A stretch of DNA of 64,000 nt from positions 1,909-65,908 of the forward strand of contig CACGOO010000002.1 of assembly GCA_902574685.1 (NCBI GenBank), in the 5' to 3' direction. Each line of letters begins with the position of its first letter. The first letter of the stretch is position 1. This DNA comes from an uncultured Pelagibacteraceae bacterium. Lineage in GTDB: Bacteria > Pseudomonadota > Alphaproteobacteria > Pelagibacterales > Pelagibacteraceae. The notes under the pieces were generated by a model, which ran no database searches, had not been told where the DNA came from, and was given only the letters and a program-made list of their open reading frames with translations. Positions 56,209 to 64,000 of the stretch are shown piece after piece. The translations under genes and the position numbers were made by a program.

Positions 56209-57283
56209 TTTTAAAAATAGTATTCATTCTTTTAAGGAATATTTGGTTTTCTTTTGTGTTGCCAATTGTAAGTCTTAGACAATTTTTTATACCATATGAA
56301 TTCATTTCTCTTAGTATAATTCCATATTTCTGTAATTTTTTTAAAGTTGTGTCTGCGGTAAATTTTGCTTTTTTGAAATCTAACAAAAAGAAATTTCCAG
56401 ATATTTTGTTTGTACCAATATTATATTTTAACATCTCATTTTTAATTTTTTTGCACCATTTAAGATTATGTATTACTGAATTTTTAACAAATTTATCATC
56501 TTTAAGTGATTCAACAGCACAAATTTGAGCAAATTTATTTACATTAAAAGGTGGTTTAATTTTATATAATTCTTTAATTATAGATTTATCACCGTATCCC
56601 CAGCCTATCCTTAATGAAGCTAGACCATAGATTTTTGAAAATGTTCTTAAAATAAATACATTTTTAGAATTTTTAAATAACTCAATTCCAGATTTGTAAT
56701 CCTTATTCTTCATATATTCAAAATATGCATCATCAACAACCAATAAAATATTTTTATTTAATCTTCTCCTTAAGTCTAATAGCTCATTTTTTGTTAAATA
56801 AGTGCCTGTTGGATTATTTGGATTTGCAATAAAAACAATTTTTGTTTTTTTTGATGTCTTTTTAAGAATTTCTTTAACAGAAACTTTAAAATTAATTTCT
56901 TTAGCTAATTTTACATTTGCCCCAACGATTTTGGAGTATATCCTATACATAAGGAAACTGTACTGAGGAACAACAACTTCATCATTTTCTCTAAGGAACA
57001 ATTGACAAAGCATTTGAATTACTTCGTCAGAACCAGAGCCACAAATTATCTTGGATTTATCACAATTATACTTCTTTGATATTTTTTGTGTTAATTCCGA
57101 AAATTTACTGTCTGGATATTTTGATATATCAAATTTAGACTTAATAATTTTTTCGACATTTTTACTGACACCTAAAGCAGATTCATTTGCAGATAACTTA
57201 ATAATATTTTTATTACCAGCCAATAAGGATTTTCCTGGTTTGTAACTCTGTAATTTTATGTTTTTAAATCTTAGCAATGTCAT
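56201..57283 (-). CDS. hisC: Histidinol-phosphate aminotransferase
   Basis: KLSANE, GSGSDE, ANPNNPTG, DDAY and RTFSKIYGLASLRIG. Confidence 0.94.
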   Translation of the reverse strand: MTLLRFKNIKLQSYKPGKSLLAGNKNIIKLSANESALGVSKNVEKIIKSKFDISKYPDSKFSELTQKISKKYNCDKSKIICGSGSDEVIQMLCQLFLRENDEVVVPQYSFLMYRIYSKIVGANVKLAKEINFKVSVKEILKKTSKKTKIVFIANPNNPTGTYLTKNELLDLRRRLNKNILLVVDDAYFEYMKNKDYKSGIELFKNSKNVFILRTFSKIYGLASLRIGWGYGDKSIIKELYKIKPPFNVNKFAQICAVESLKDDKFVKNSVIHNLKWCKKIKNEMLKYNIGTNKISGNFFLLDFKKAKFTADTTLKKLQKYGIILREMNSYGIKNCLRLTIGNTKENQIFLKRMNTIFKNV

Positions 57284-57345
57284 AGTAAATATTTCACTAT
57301 AAATAGTCTTTTAACTAGATAAAACAATAATTAATTGAGCAATAT

Positions 57346-57374
57346 TTGACATATAAATTCCTTTGAAGTAAAAG
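57346..57374 (+). promoter_or_regulatory. Putative sigma70 promoter of the SAM-II/metX transcript
   Basis: TTGACA-N17-TAAAAG; the predicted +1 falls at about 57381, the first base of the aptamer. Confidence 0.55.
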
Positions 57375-57380
57375 CTGCAT

Positions 57381-57428
57381 GCGCTGATTTATACTGAATT
57401 GCGAGCGCTATAAAAAAACCGCTAAAAT
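57381..57428 (+). ncRNA. SAM-II riboswitch aptamer upstream of metX
   Basis: GCGCU-GAUUU...UUGCG-AGCGC...GCUAAA: P1 GCGCU/AGCGC plus the conserved GAUUU, UUGC and GCUAAA elements of the SAM-II pseudoknot; canonical metX context. Confidence 0.92.
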
Positions 57429-57463
57429 GTTTTTTTTCTCACAATTCAATCAGTACAATTATT

Positions 57464-58597
57464 ATGAATAAGAATATTGATACAAAAAAAATAATTATAT
57501 CAAATCCCCTTAAATTGGATTGTGGTAAGGAAATTAATAACTTTCCAATAGCATATGAGACATATGGGGAATTAAACAGTGAAAAAAGTAATGCAATATT
57601 AGTTTTCCATGCTTTGACTGGAGATCAATATGTTTCTGGAAAAAACCCAATAACTAATAAAGATGGTTGGTGGAGTTATGTTGTTGGAGAAAATAAGCCA
57701 ATTGATACAAATAAATTTTTTGTGATTTGTGCAAACGTTATTGGAGGCTGCATGGGATCTTACGGACCAAGCACAATAAATGAGTCCACTGGTAAACAAA
57801 TAGGAACTGATTTTCCAATTATAACTATTAACGACATGGTTAACGCTCAATATGAGTTAATTAAATATTTAGAAATTGAAAAACTTTTTGCTGTAGTAGG
57901 TGGTTCAATGGGTGGAATGCAAGTACTTCAATTTGTTGCCAATTTTCCAGATAAAGCAAAACTTGCAATACCGATTGCTTGCACATCTAGTCACTCGGCA
58001 CAAAACATAGCGTTTAATGAATTAGGAAGACAGGCAATTATGGCTGACAGTAAGTGGGAAAATGGATTTTATAGTAATTACAAATTAAATCCTGACAAAG
58101 GGTTAGCGGTAGCAAGAATGGCAGCACATATTACTTATCTTTCTGAAAAAGGATTGCAGGAAAAATTTGGAAGAAAATTGCAAGATAGAGATAGCCTAAG
58201 ATATGGATTTGAGGCAGATTTTCAAATTGAGAGTTATCTAAGATACCAAGGATCTGTGTTTGTTGATAGATTTGATGCTAATAGTTATTTATATATAACT
58301 CGTGCAATGGATTATTTTGACTTATCCAAACAGTACAAAGGAAACTTATCTGATGCATTCAAAGAAACTAAAACAAAATTTTTTGTAATATCATTTACAT
58401 CAGATTGGTTGTATCCAACATCGGAGAATAGAGAAATAGTTATAGCACTAAATTCTATTGGTGCAGATGTCGGATTTGTAGAAATAGAGTCTGATAAAGG
58501 GCATGACTCATTTTTGCTCGATGTTCCAAGTTTCCTAAAGACACTTGGCGATTATATTAATTCAACCTACAAAGTTATAAATGAAAGAAGAATTTAA
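57464..58597 (+). CDS. metX: Homoserine O-acyltransferase MetX
   Basis: HALTG, GGSMGG catalytic Ser, RFDANSY, SDWLYP and GHDSFLL. Confidence 0.95.
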   Translation: MNKNIDTKKIIISNPLKLDCGKEINNFPIAYETYGELNSEKSNAILVFHALTGDQYVSGKNPITNKDGWWSYVVGENKPIDTNKFFVICANVIGGCMGSYGPSTINESTGKQIGTDFPIITINDMVNAQYELIKYLEIEKLFAVVGGSMGGMQVLQFVANFPDKAKLAIPIACTSSHSAQNIAFNELGRQAIMADSKWENGFYSNYKLNPDKGLAVARMAAHITYLSEKGLQEKFGRKLQDRDSLRYGFEADFQIESYLRYQGSVFVDRFDANSYLYITRAMDYFDLSKQYKGNLSDAFKETKTKFFVISFTSDWLYPTSENREIVIALNSIGADVGFVEIESDKGHDSFLLDVPSFLKTLGDYINSTYKVINERRI

Positions 58598-59177
58598 CAT
58601 TATATCTAATTTGATAGAGAAAAATACTAGAGTTCTAGATGTCGGTTGTGGCAATGGAGACTTGATGAAATTTTTACAAGAAAACAAAACTAAAGATATT
58701 CGTGGACTAGAAATCTCTAAAGAAAAAGTTCAAAATTGTTTATCAAAAGGATTAACTGTAATTGAGGGGAATGCTGAAAGCGATTTAAAACAATTTCCTA
58801 AATCGTCTTTTGATTACGTTATTTTAAGCCAAACATTACAAGCTTTTCTTAATCCTGAATTAGTAATTAATGAATTACTAAAAGTAGGAAAAAAAGTAAT
58901 TGTTACTATACCTAATTTTGGTTACTGGAGAGTTAGACTACAATTATTGTTTAAAGGCACAATGCCTGTAACAGAAAATTTACCTCATGAATGGTACAAT
59001 ACACCAAATTTACATATGTGCACAATCAAAGATTTTTATAATTTTTGCAGTAGTAAGAATATTAAAATATTTAAGTCTATCGCTTTAAAAAAAAGTCGAA
59101 TTTCAGAAATAAATAAATCAAATTTAAATTATAAAAATCTTGACTCTCATTTAGGTATATTTTTAATAGAAAGTTAA
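58581..59177 (+). CDS. metW: Methionine biosynthesis protein MetW
   Basis: [23 protein letters not shown] and WYNTPNLH; follows metX. Confidence 0.95.
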   Translation: MKEEFNIISNLIEKNTRVLDVGCGNGDLMKFLQENKTKDIRGLEISKEKVQNCLSKGLTVIEGNAESDLKQFPKSSFDYVILSQTLQAFLNPELVINELLKVGKKVIVTIPNFGYWRVRLQLLFKGTMPVTENLPHEWYNTPNLHMCTIKDFYNFCSSKNIKIFKSIALKKSRISEINKSNLNYKNLDSHLGIFLIES

Positions 59178-59897
59178 ATGAAAGTAGAAATTATTAAGTG
59201 TCTGGAAGATAATTTTTCTTACATTTTAATTAATGAAGCCAATAGAAATTGTTGTGTTGTTGATCCTGGTGAAGCAGATCCAATTATAAATTATTTACAG
59301 AAAAATAAATTAAATTTAAAATATATATTAAATACACATCATCATCATGACCATGTTGGCGGGAATGAAGAATTAAAAAAAAAATTTAATGCAGAAGTAA
59401 TAGGTTATATTGGAGATAAAAATAGAATACCTCAAATTGATATTTGCTTAAGTGATGGTGAAATTTGGAAAGAAGATATTTTTGAAGCAAAAATATATCA
59501 TGTCCCTGGCCATACAATAGGTCATATCTGTTTTCATTTTTTTAAAAATAAGTTAATTTTTACAGGAGATACTTTATTCTCTATGGGATGTGGAAGAATT
59601 TTTGAAGGGAGTTATGAGCAAATGTACAACTCACTACAAGTTTTAAAAAATTTAGATAAAGATACAAAAATTTATTGTGGACATGAATATACTTTAAAGA
59701 ATTCTGAATTTTGTTTAGCACAAGATTCCAATAACAATGAATTACTAAACAAAATTAAAGAAATTAAAGAAAAAATTAAACAAGGTAAAACTAGTATGCC
59801 ATCGACGATTGGTGAGGAACTTAATTGTAACATTTTTCTTAAGTCAAACGATCTAGAAAATTTCAAAAAATTGAGGGATTTAAAGGATAATTTCTAA
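59178..59897 (+). CDS. gloB: Hydroxyacylglutathione hydrolase (glyoxalase II)
   Basis: THHHHDHVGG, PGHT.GH, FTGDTLF..GCGR and CGHEYT. Confidence 0.95.
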   Translation: MKVEIIKCLEDNFSYILINEANRNCCVVDPGEADPIINYLQKNKLNLKYILNTHHHHDHVGGNEELKKKFNAEVIGYIGDKNRIPQIDICLSDGEIWKEDIFEAKIYHVPGHTIGHICFHFFKNKLIFTGDTLFSMGCGRIFEGSYEQMYNSLQVLKNLDKDTKIYCGHEYTLKNSEFCLAQDSNNNELLNKIKEIKEKIKQGKTSMPSTIGEELNCNIFLKSNDLENFKKLRDLKDNF

Positions 59898-59907
59898 GTT
59901 ATTAACC

Positions 59908-59935
59908 TTGACTATAATACAACCCGGACTATATT
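59908..59935 (+). promoter_or_regulatory. Putative sigma70 promoter of rplU-rpmA
   Basis: TTGACT-N16-TATATT. Confidence 0.55.
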
Positions 59936-59961
59936 GCTGACTATAAAAATTAGGGCTAACT

Positions 59962-60363
59962 ATGTCATTCGCGGTAATTCAAACAGGTGGTAAACAGTAT
60001 AAAGTGAAAGCTGGAGAGATTCTCAAAGTTGAAAAGCTCGAAGATTCAAAAAAAAATTCAAAAATAGAGTTTAATGAAATACTAGCTTACGGAGATGATA
60101 AAAATTTAGAGTTAGGAGAGCCGACAATTATTGGAGCTAAAGTTGAAGCTGAATTAATAAAAAATGGAAAAAATAGAACAGTTCTTATTTTTAAAAAAAG
60201 GAGAAGGCAAAATTCGAGAAGAAAAAATGGTCATAGACAAAAATTTACAATGGTAAGAATAAGTAAAATCTATTCAAAAGATGGTAAAGTTATTTCTGAA
60301 GCAGAAAAAAGAAAAGAAATACCATCAAAAAAAACAGTTGAAACTAAGGAAGCAGCTAAATAA
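59962..60363 (+). CDS. rplU: 50S ribosomal protein L21 with C-terminal extension
   Basis: FAVIQTGGKQYKV and FKKRRRQNSRRKNGHRQ. Confidence 0.97.
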   Translation: MSFAVIQTGGKQYKVKAGEILKVEKLEDSKKNSKIEFNEILAYGDDKNLELGEPTIIGAKVEAELIKNGKNRTVLIFKKRRRQNSRRKNGHRQKFTMVRISKIYSKDGKVISEAEKRKEIPSKKTVETKEAAK

Positions 60364-60373
60364 AAAGTAATTT

Positions 60374-60628
60374 ATGGCAACGAAAAAAGCAGGTGGATCG
60401 TCAAGAAACGGAAGAGATAGTGCAGGTCGTAGACTTGGTGTTAAAAAATATGGTGGCGAGATGGTTGTGCCAGGCAACATTATTGTAAGACAAAGGGGAA
60501 CTAGAATATTTCCTGGAGAAAATGTTGGCATGGGTAAAGACCATTCGATATTTTCAGTTGTTAAAGGTAAAGTAGAGTTTAAAAAATCAAAATCTGATAG
60601 AACTTACGTTTCTGTAAAGCCCAATTAA
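60374..60628 (+). CDS. rpmA: 50S ribosomal protein L27
   Basis: [24 protein letters not shown] and IIVRQRGT. Confidence 0.98.
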   Translation: MATKKAGGSSRNGRDSAGRRLGVKKYGGEMVVPGNIIVRQRGTRIFPGENVGMGKDHSIFSVVKGKVEFKKSKSDRTYVSVKPN

Positions 60629-60655
60629 TAGATACAACACTCACATAGTTGTTAT

Positions 60656-61639
60656 ATGAAATTTCTAGATCAAGTTAAGATATATGTAAAAGCTGGTAAC
60701 GGAGGGTCGGGATCTCCAAGTTTTCGTAGGGAAAAATTTGTAGAGTTTGGTGGCCCTGATGGCGGCGATGGAGGGAAAGGAGGATCTGTAATTCTTATTA
60801 GCGAAAGAAATCTTAATACTTTGATTGATTACAGGTATCAACAACACTTCAAAGCTAAAAGAGGAAAAGATGGCAGCGGAAAAAACAAAACTGGGAAAGG
60901 TGGTGAAGATTTATATTTAAAAGTACCTTTAGGAACGCAAGTATTTGAAGAAGATAATAAAACACTTATTTATGATTTTAAAAGTCAGAAAGAGGAATTT
61001 TTAGTAGCAAGCGGAGGTAAAGGAGGATTTGGAAATACAAGATTTAAGTCCTCAACCAATAGAGCCCCAAAGAAATATACAAAAGGGGGTCAAGGAGAGG
61101 AATTTTGGATTTGGCTTCAACTAAAAACAATTGCTGATATCGGTATCATAGGATTGCCCAATGCTGGGAAATCCAGCTTGCTTGCATCAATGACGAGTGC
61201 AAATCCAAAAATAGCAAACTATAAATTTACTACAATTAATCCAAATCTTGGTGTTGCTAGTTATGATGACAAAGAAGTTACTTTAGCAGATATACCAGGC
61301 TTAATTGAGGGTGCTCATACCGGAACTGGTCTTGGAATAAAGTTTTTAAAACATATAGAAAGGTGCAAAACTTTGCTGCATTTAATAGATATAACTGAAG
61401 ATGATTTATTTAATTCTTACAATCAAGTCAGAGAAGAATTATCAAAATACAGTAAAGATTTAGTTAAAAAAAAAGAAATAGTAGTTTTAAATAAAACTGA
61501 CTTAATTGATGAAGAGGAAAAAAAAGACAAGATAAAAAAACTCAAGAATAAATTAAAAAAAAATATCTTTTTAATGTCAACAATGGATAAAAAATCAGTA
61601 TCAGATATAAAGTCAAAGTTGGTAAATTATGTATCTTAA
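60656..61639 (+). CDS. obgE: GTPase Obg/CgtA
   Basis: Gly-rich Obg fold FRREKFVEFGGPDGGDGG; GLPNAGKS, DIPG and NKTD. Confidence 0.97.
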   Translation: MKFLDQVKIYVKAGNGGSGSPSFRREKFVEFGGPDGGDGGKGGSVILISERNLNTLIDYRYQQHFKAKRGKDGSGKNKTGKGGEDLYLKVPLGTQVFEEDNKTLIYDFKSQKEEFLVASGGKGGFGNTRFKSSTNRAPKKYTKGGQGEEFWIWLQLKTIADIGIIGLPNAGKSSLLASMTSANPKIANYKFTTINPNLGVASYDDKEVTLADIPGLIEGAHTGTGLGIKFLKHIERCKTLLHLIDITEDDLFNSYNQVREELSKYSKDLVKKKEIVVLNKTDLIDEEEKKDKIKKLKNKLKKNIFLMSTMDKKSVSDIKSKLVNYVS

Positions 61640-62735
61640 GGACTCCAAAACTGTAGTAATAAAAATAGGTTCATCTTTATTAATAAATGACAATAAAATT
61701 ATTAGAGAAAAATGGCTTTTGGAATTTGCTAAAGATATTAAAGAGTTACAAAAACTTAAAAAAAACATTGTTATAGTTAGTTCTGGAGCAATTGCTTTAG
61801 GGTGTAAAAAATTACAATTAAATAAAAAAACTTTAAAGCTTGATAAAAGCCAAGCTGTTGCATCAATTGGACAAATAGAATTAATGAATCTTTTTAAGAA
61901 GACATTTAGCTCAAATAAAATAAATATTTCTCAAATTTTAATTACTTTAGAAGATACTGAACAAAGAAGAAGAGCTATAAATGCTAAAAGAACTTTCGAA
62001 AACTTATTTGAGCTTAATTTTGTACCTGTTGTTAATGAAAATGATAGTATTGCAACTTCTGAAATTAAATACGGAGATAATGACAGATTAGCATCAAGAG
62101 TTGCACAAATATCAGGTGCAGATTGTTTAATATTATTGTCTGATGTTGATGGATTGTATTCTAAAAACCCAAAAATTCATAAAAATGCTAAATTGATTAA
62201 AGAAATAAAAAATATTGATTCTAAAATTGAAAATTTTTCAAGTAAAAGCACAAGCGAGTATGGTACTGGTGGAATGAAAACGAAAATTGATGCTGCAAAA
62301 GTATGTCAAGTCTCGGGTTGCTATATGGCTATTGCAAATGGTTTAATTAAAAGACCAATTAAAAATATACTGGAACATAATTCTGGGACATGGTTTTTGC
62401 CAAAAGTATCTAAATTAGATGCAAGAAAAAAATGGATAATTAGCTCTATATCTCCAAAAGGAGAAATTATTATAGATGATGGTGCTTTAAATGCTTTAAA
62501 AAATGGAAAAAGTTTATTAGCTGCAGGTATTAGAAAAGTTTCAGGAAAATTTGTTAAAGGTGATCATGTAAGAATTTTGGATAAAAATAACAAAGAATTT
62601 GCTAGAGGGTTGAGCAGTTTTACATCTGATGAGATATCTAAAATAAAAGGAGAACATTCTAACAAAATTAGTAATCTTTTAGGCTATGTTACAAAGTCTG
62701 AAGTTATACATAAAGATGATATGGTTAAAATTTAA
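61629..62735 (+). CDS. proB: Glutamate 5-kinase with PUA domain
   Basis: VIKIGSS, VSSGA, NEND, GDNDRLA and GTGGMKTK. Confidence 0.96.
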   Translation: MYLKDSKTVVIKIGSSLLINDNKIIREKWLLEFAKDIKELQKLKKNIVIVSSGAIALGCKKLQLNKKTLKLDKSQAVASIGQIELMNLFKKTFSSNKINISQILITLEDTEQRRRAINAKRTFENLFELNFVPVVNENDSIATSEIKYGDNDRLASRVAQISGADCLILLSDVDGLYSKNPKIHKNAKLIKEIKNIDSKIENFSSKSTSEYGTGGMKTKIDAAKVCQVSGCYMAIANGLIKRPIKNILEHNSGTWFLPKVSKLDARKKWIISSISPKGEIIIDDGALNALKNGKSLLAAGIRKVSGKFVKGDHVRILDKNNKEFARGLSSFTSDEISKIKGEHSNKISNLLGYVTKSEVIHKDDMVKI

Positions 62736-63982
62736 TGAGTAAACTACTTAAAAAAATTGGATTGAATTCTAGAAAAGCTTTGAATTCAAGTATTAGTCCA
62801 AAAAAAAAGAATAAAGTTTTAAAAGATTTTGTAAAATTAATTGAGATTAATAAGAATAAAATTATTAGCGAAAATAAGAAAGATATTTTTTATGCAAGAG
62901 AAAAAAAATTAAAAGAAAACTTAATTCAAAGACTCACTCTTAGTAATAATAAATTAAAAAGTATAATTGACTCTGTTAAAACTATTACTTCTTTTAAAGA
63001 TCCTATAGATCAAGTAACTTCGAAATGGAAAAGGCCAAATGGACTTCAAATTAGAAGGGTTACAATACCAATAGGAGTTATAGGTGTAATATTTGAGAGT
63101 AGACCCAATGTTACATCGGATGTATCAGCACTATGTTTTAAATCTGGAAATGCTGTTATATTAAGAGGTGGTTCCGAAGCCTACAATAGTAATAAAATTT
63201 TAGTAAATTTATTTAGGAAAGCTCTAAAAAAAAATAAAGTAAACGAAAATTACGTCCAGTTTATAAACAATAAAAGCAGAAAACTCGTAGATTATTTATT
63301 ATCAAAAATGGAAAACTCCATTGATGTTGTAATACCACGAGGCGGTAAAAATTTAGTAAAAAAAGTTAAACAACTTTCAAAGGTGCCAGTTATTGGTCAT
63401 TTGGAAGGAATTTGTCATACATATATTGATAAAGAAGCAGAAGATAATATGGCAAACAAAATAGTATTAAATGCTAAGTTGAGAAATACTAGTATATGTG
63501 GTGCAACTGAAACTCTCTTAATACATAAAAGTAAATCAAAATCAGTAAATTTAATTTTAAATTCACTAGCTAAAAGCGGTTGTAAAATTTTAGCTGATAA
63601 AAAAATAAGTAAATTATTTAAAGGCAAAACATATCCTGCAAATAATAATACTTGGTCAAAAGAACATCTTTCACCGATTATTTCAGTTAAATTAGTGAAT
63701 AATGTCAAAGAAGCAGTTGCCCATATCAACAAATATGGAACTATGCATACAGATGCAATAGTAACCAAAAACAAAAATACAGCAAAATTCTTTATTAAAA
63801 ATGTAAAAAGCTCTATTGCTATTCAAAATTCATCAACACAATTTGCTGACGGGGGAGAATTTGGTTTTGGTGGAGAGGTTGGAATTTCAACAAACACCTT
63901 ACCACCAAGAGGTCCTGTCGGTCTAAATCAGTTAGTAAGTTATAAATATGAAGTTTATGGTTCAGGGCAAATTAGAAAATAA
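62735..63982 (+). CDS. proA: Gamma-glutamyl phosphate reductase
   Basis: PIGVIGVIFESRPNVT, IPRGG, CGATETLL and FADGGEFGFGGEVGIST. Confidence 0.96.
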   Translation: MSKLLKKIGLNSRKALNSSISPKKKNKVLKDFVKLIEINKNKIISENKKDIFYAREKKLKENLIQRLTLSNNKLKSIIDSVKTITSFKDPIDQVTSKWKRPNGLQIRRVTIPIGVIGVIFESRPNVTSDVSALCFKSGNAVILRGGSEAYNSNKILVNLFRKALKKNKVNENYVQFINNKSRKLVDYLLSKMENSIDVVIPRGGKNLVKKVKQLSKVPVIGHLEGICHTYIDKEAEDNMANKIVLNAKLRNTSICGATETLLIHKSKSKSVNLILNSLAKSGCKILADKKISKLFKGKTYPANNNTWSKEHLSPIISVKLVNNVKEAVAHINKYGTMHTDAIVTKNKNTAKFFIKNVKSSIAIQNSSTQFADGGEFGFGGEVGISTNTLPPRGPVGLNQLVSYKYEVYGSGQIRK

Positions 63983-64000
63983 AAAGATTGGTGTACTCGG
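63957..64000 (+). CDS. nadD: Start of probable nicotinate-nucleotide adenylyltransferase, truncated by the window edge
   Basis: ATG at 63957 gives MVQGKLENKKIGVLG, matching the KIGxLGG start of NadD; obg-proB-proA-nadD is a common alphaproteobacterial gene order. Confidence 0.6.
   Translation, partial: MVQGKLENKKIGVL

Noticed and set aside
1-64000. Short antisense or nested ORFs in the track (e.g. 194-478, 9424-9765, 21492-21812, 37177-37608, 39413-39775, 63415-63774)
   Set aside because: They lie within well-supported genes, have no recognisable motifs and are typical shadow ORFs.
1-64000. CRISPR array, tRNA/rRNA, IS element, integrase, prophage or defence island
   Set aside because: No regularly spaced repeats, cloverleaf or rRNA-like GC-rich tracts, or mobile-element proteins were seen; nearly all sequence is accounted for by housekeeping CDS.

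Overview
A 64 kb, very AT-rich, gene-dense window of core chromosome from a streamlined marine alphaproteobacterium, almost certainly SAR11 / Ca. Pelagibacter. This is inferred from tiny or overlapping intergenic spacers, a class I LysRS, ChvI/ChvG, RegA, an ATPase zeta subunit and a SAM-II riboswitch on metX. It runs from a partial typA to the first codons of nadD and holds about 65 CDS. I found no rRNA, tRNA, CRISPR array, transposase or prophage gene. Best leads: (1) the aceA locus, with a 53-codon leader ORF, an array of TGTAAA/TTTACA boxes and a divergent RamB/ScfR regulator carrying an Fe-S cysteine motif; (2) a four-gene polyamine operon (fold-III decarboxylase, deoxyhypusine-synthase-like protein, AguB, AguA) whose first gene has the only frameshift I found in the window (+1 in an A7 run) and a long leader; (3) a SAM-II riboswitch whose 3' end contains the AUG of a short ORF overlapping the metX start; (4) an RND adaptor protein lacking the alpha-helical hairpin; (5) a protein with a histone-H1-like poly-Lys tail plus a long charged helix; (6) a sigma32-type promoter and ROSE-like thermometer on ibpA, with the same promoter motif upstream of regA. 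All calls come from motif recognition by eye; no database searches were run.
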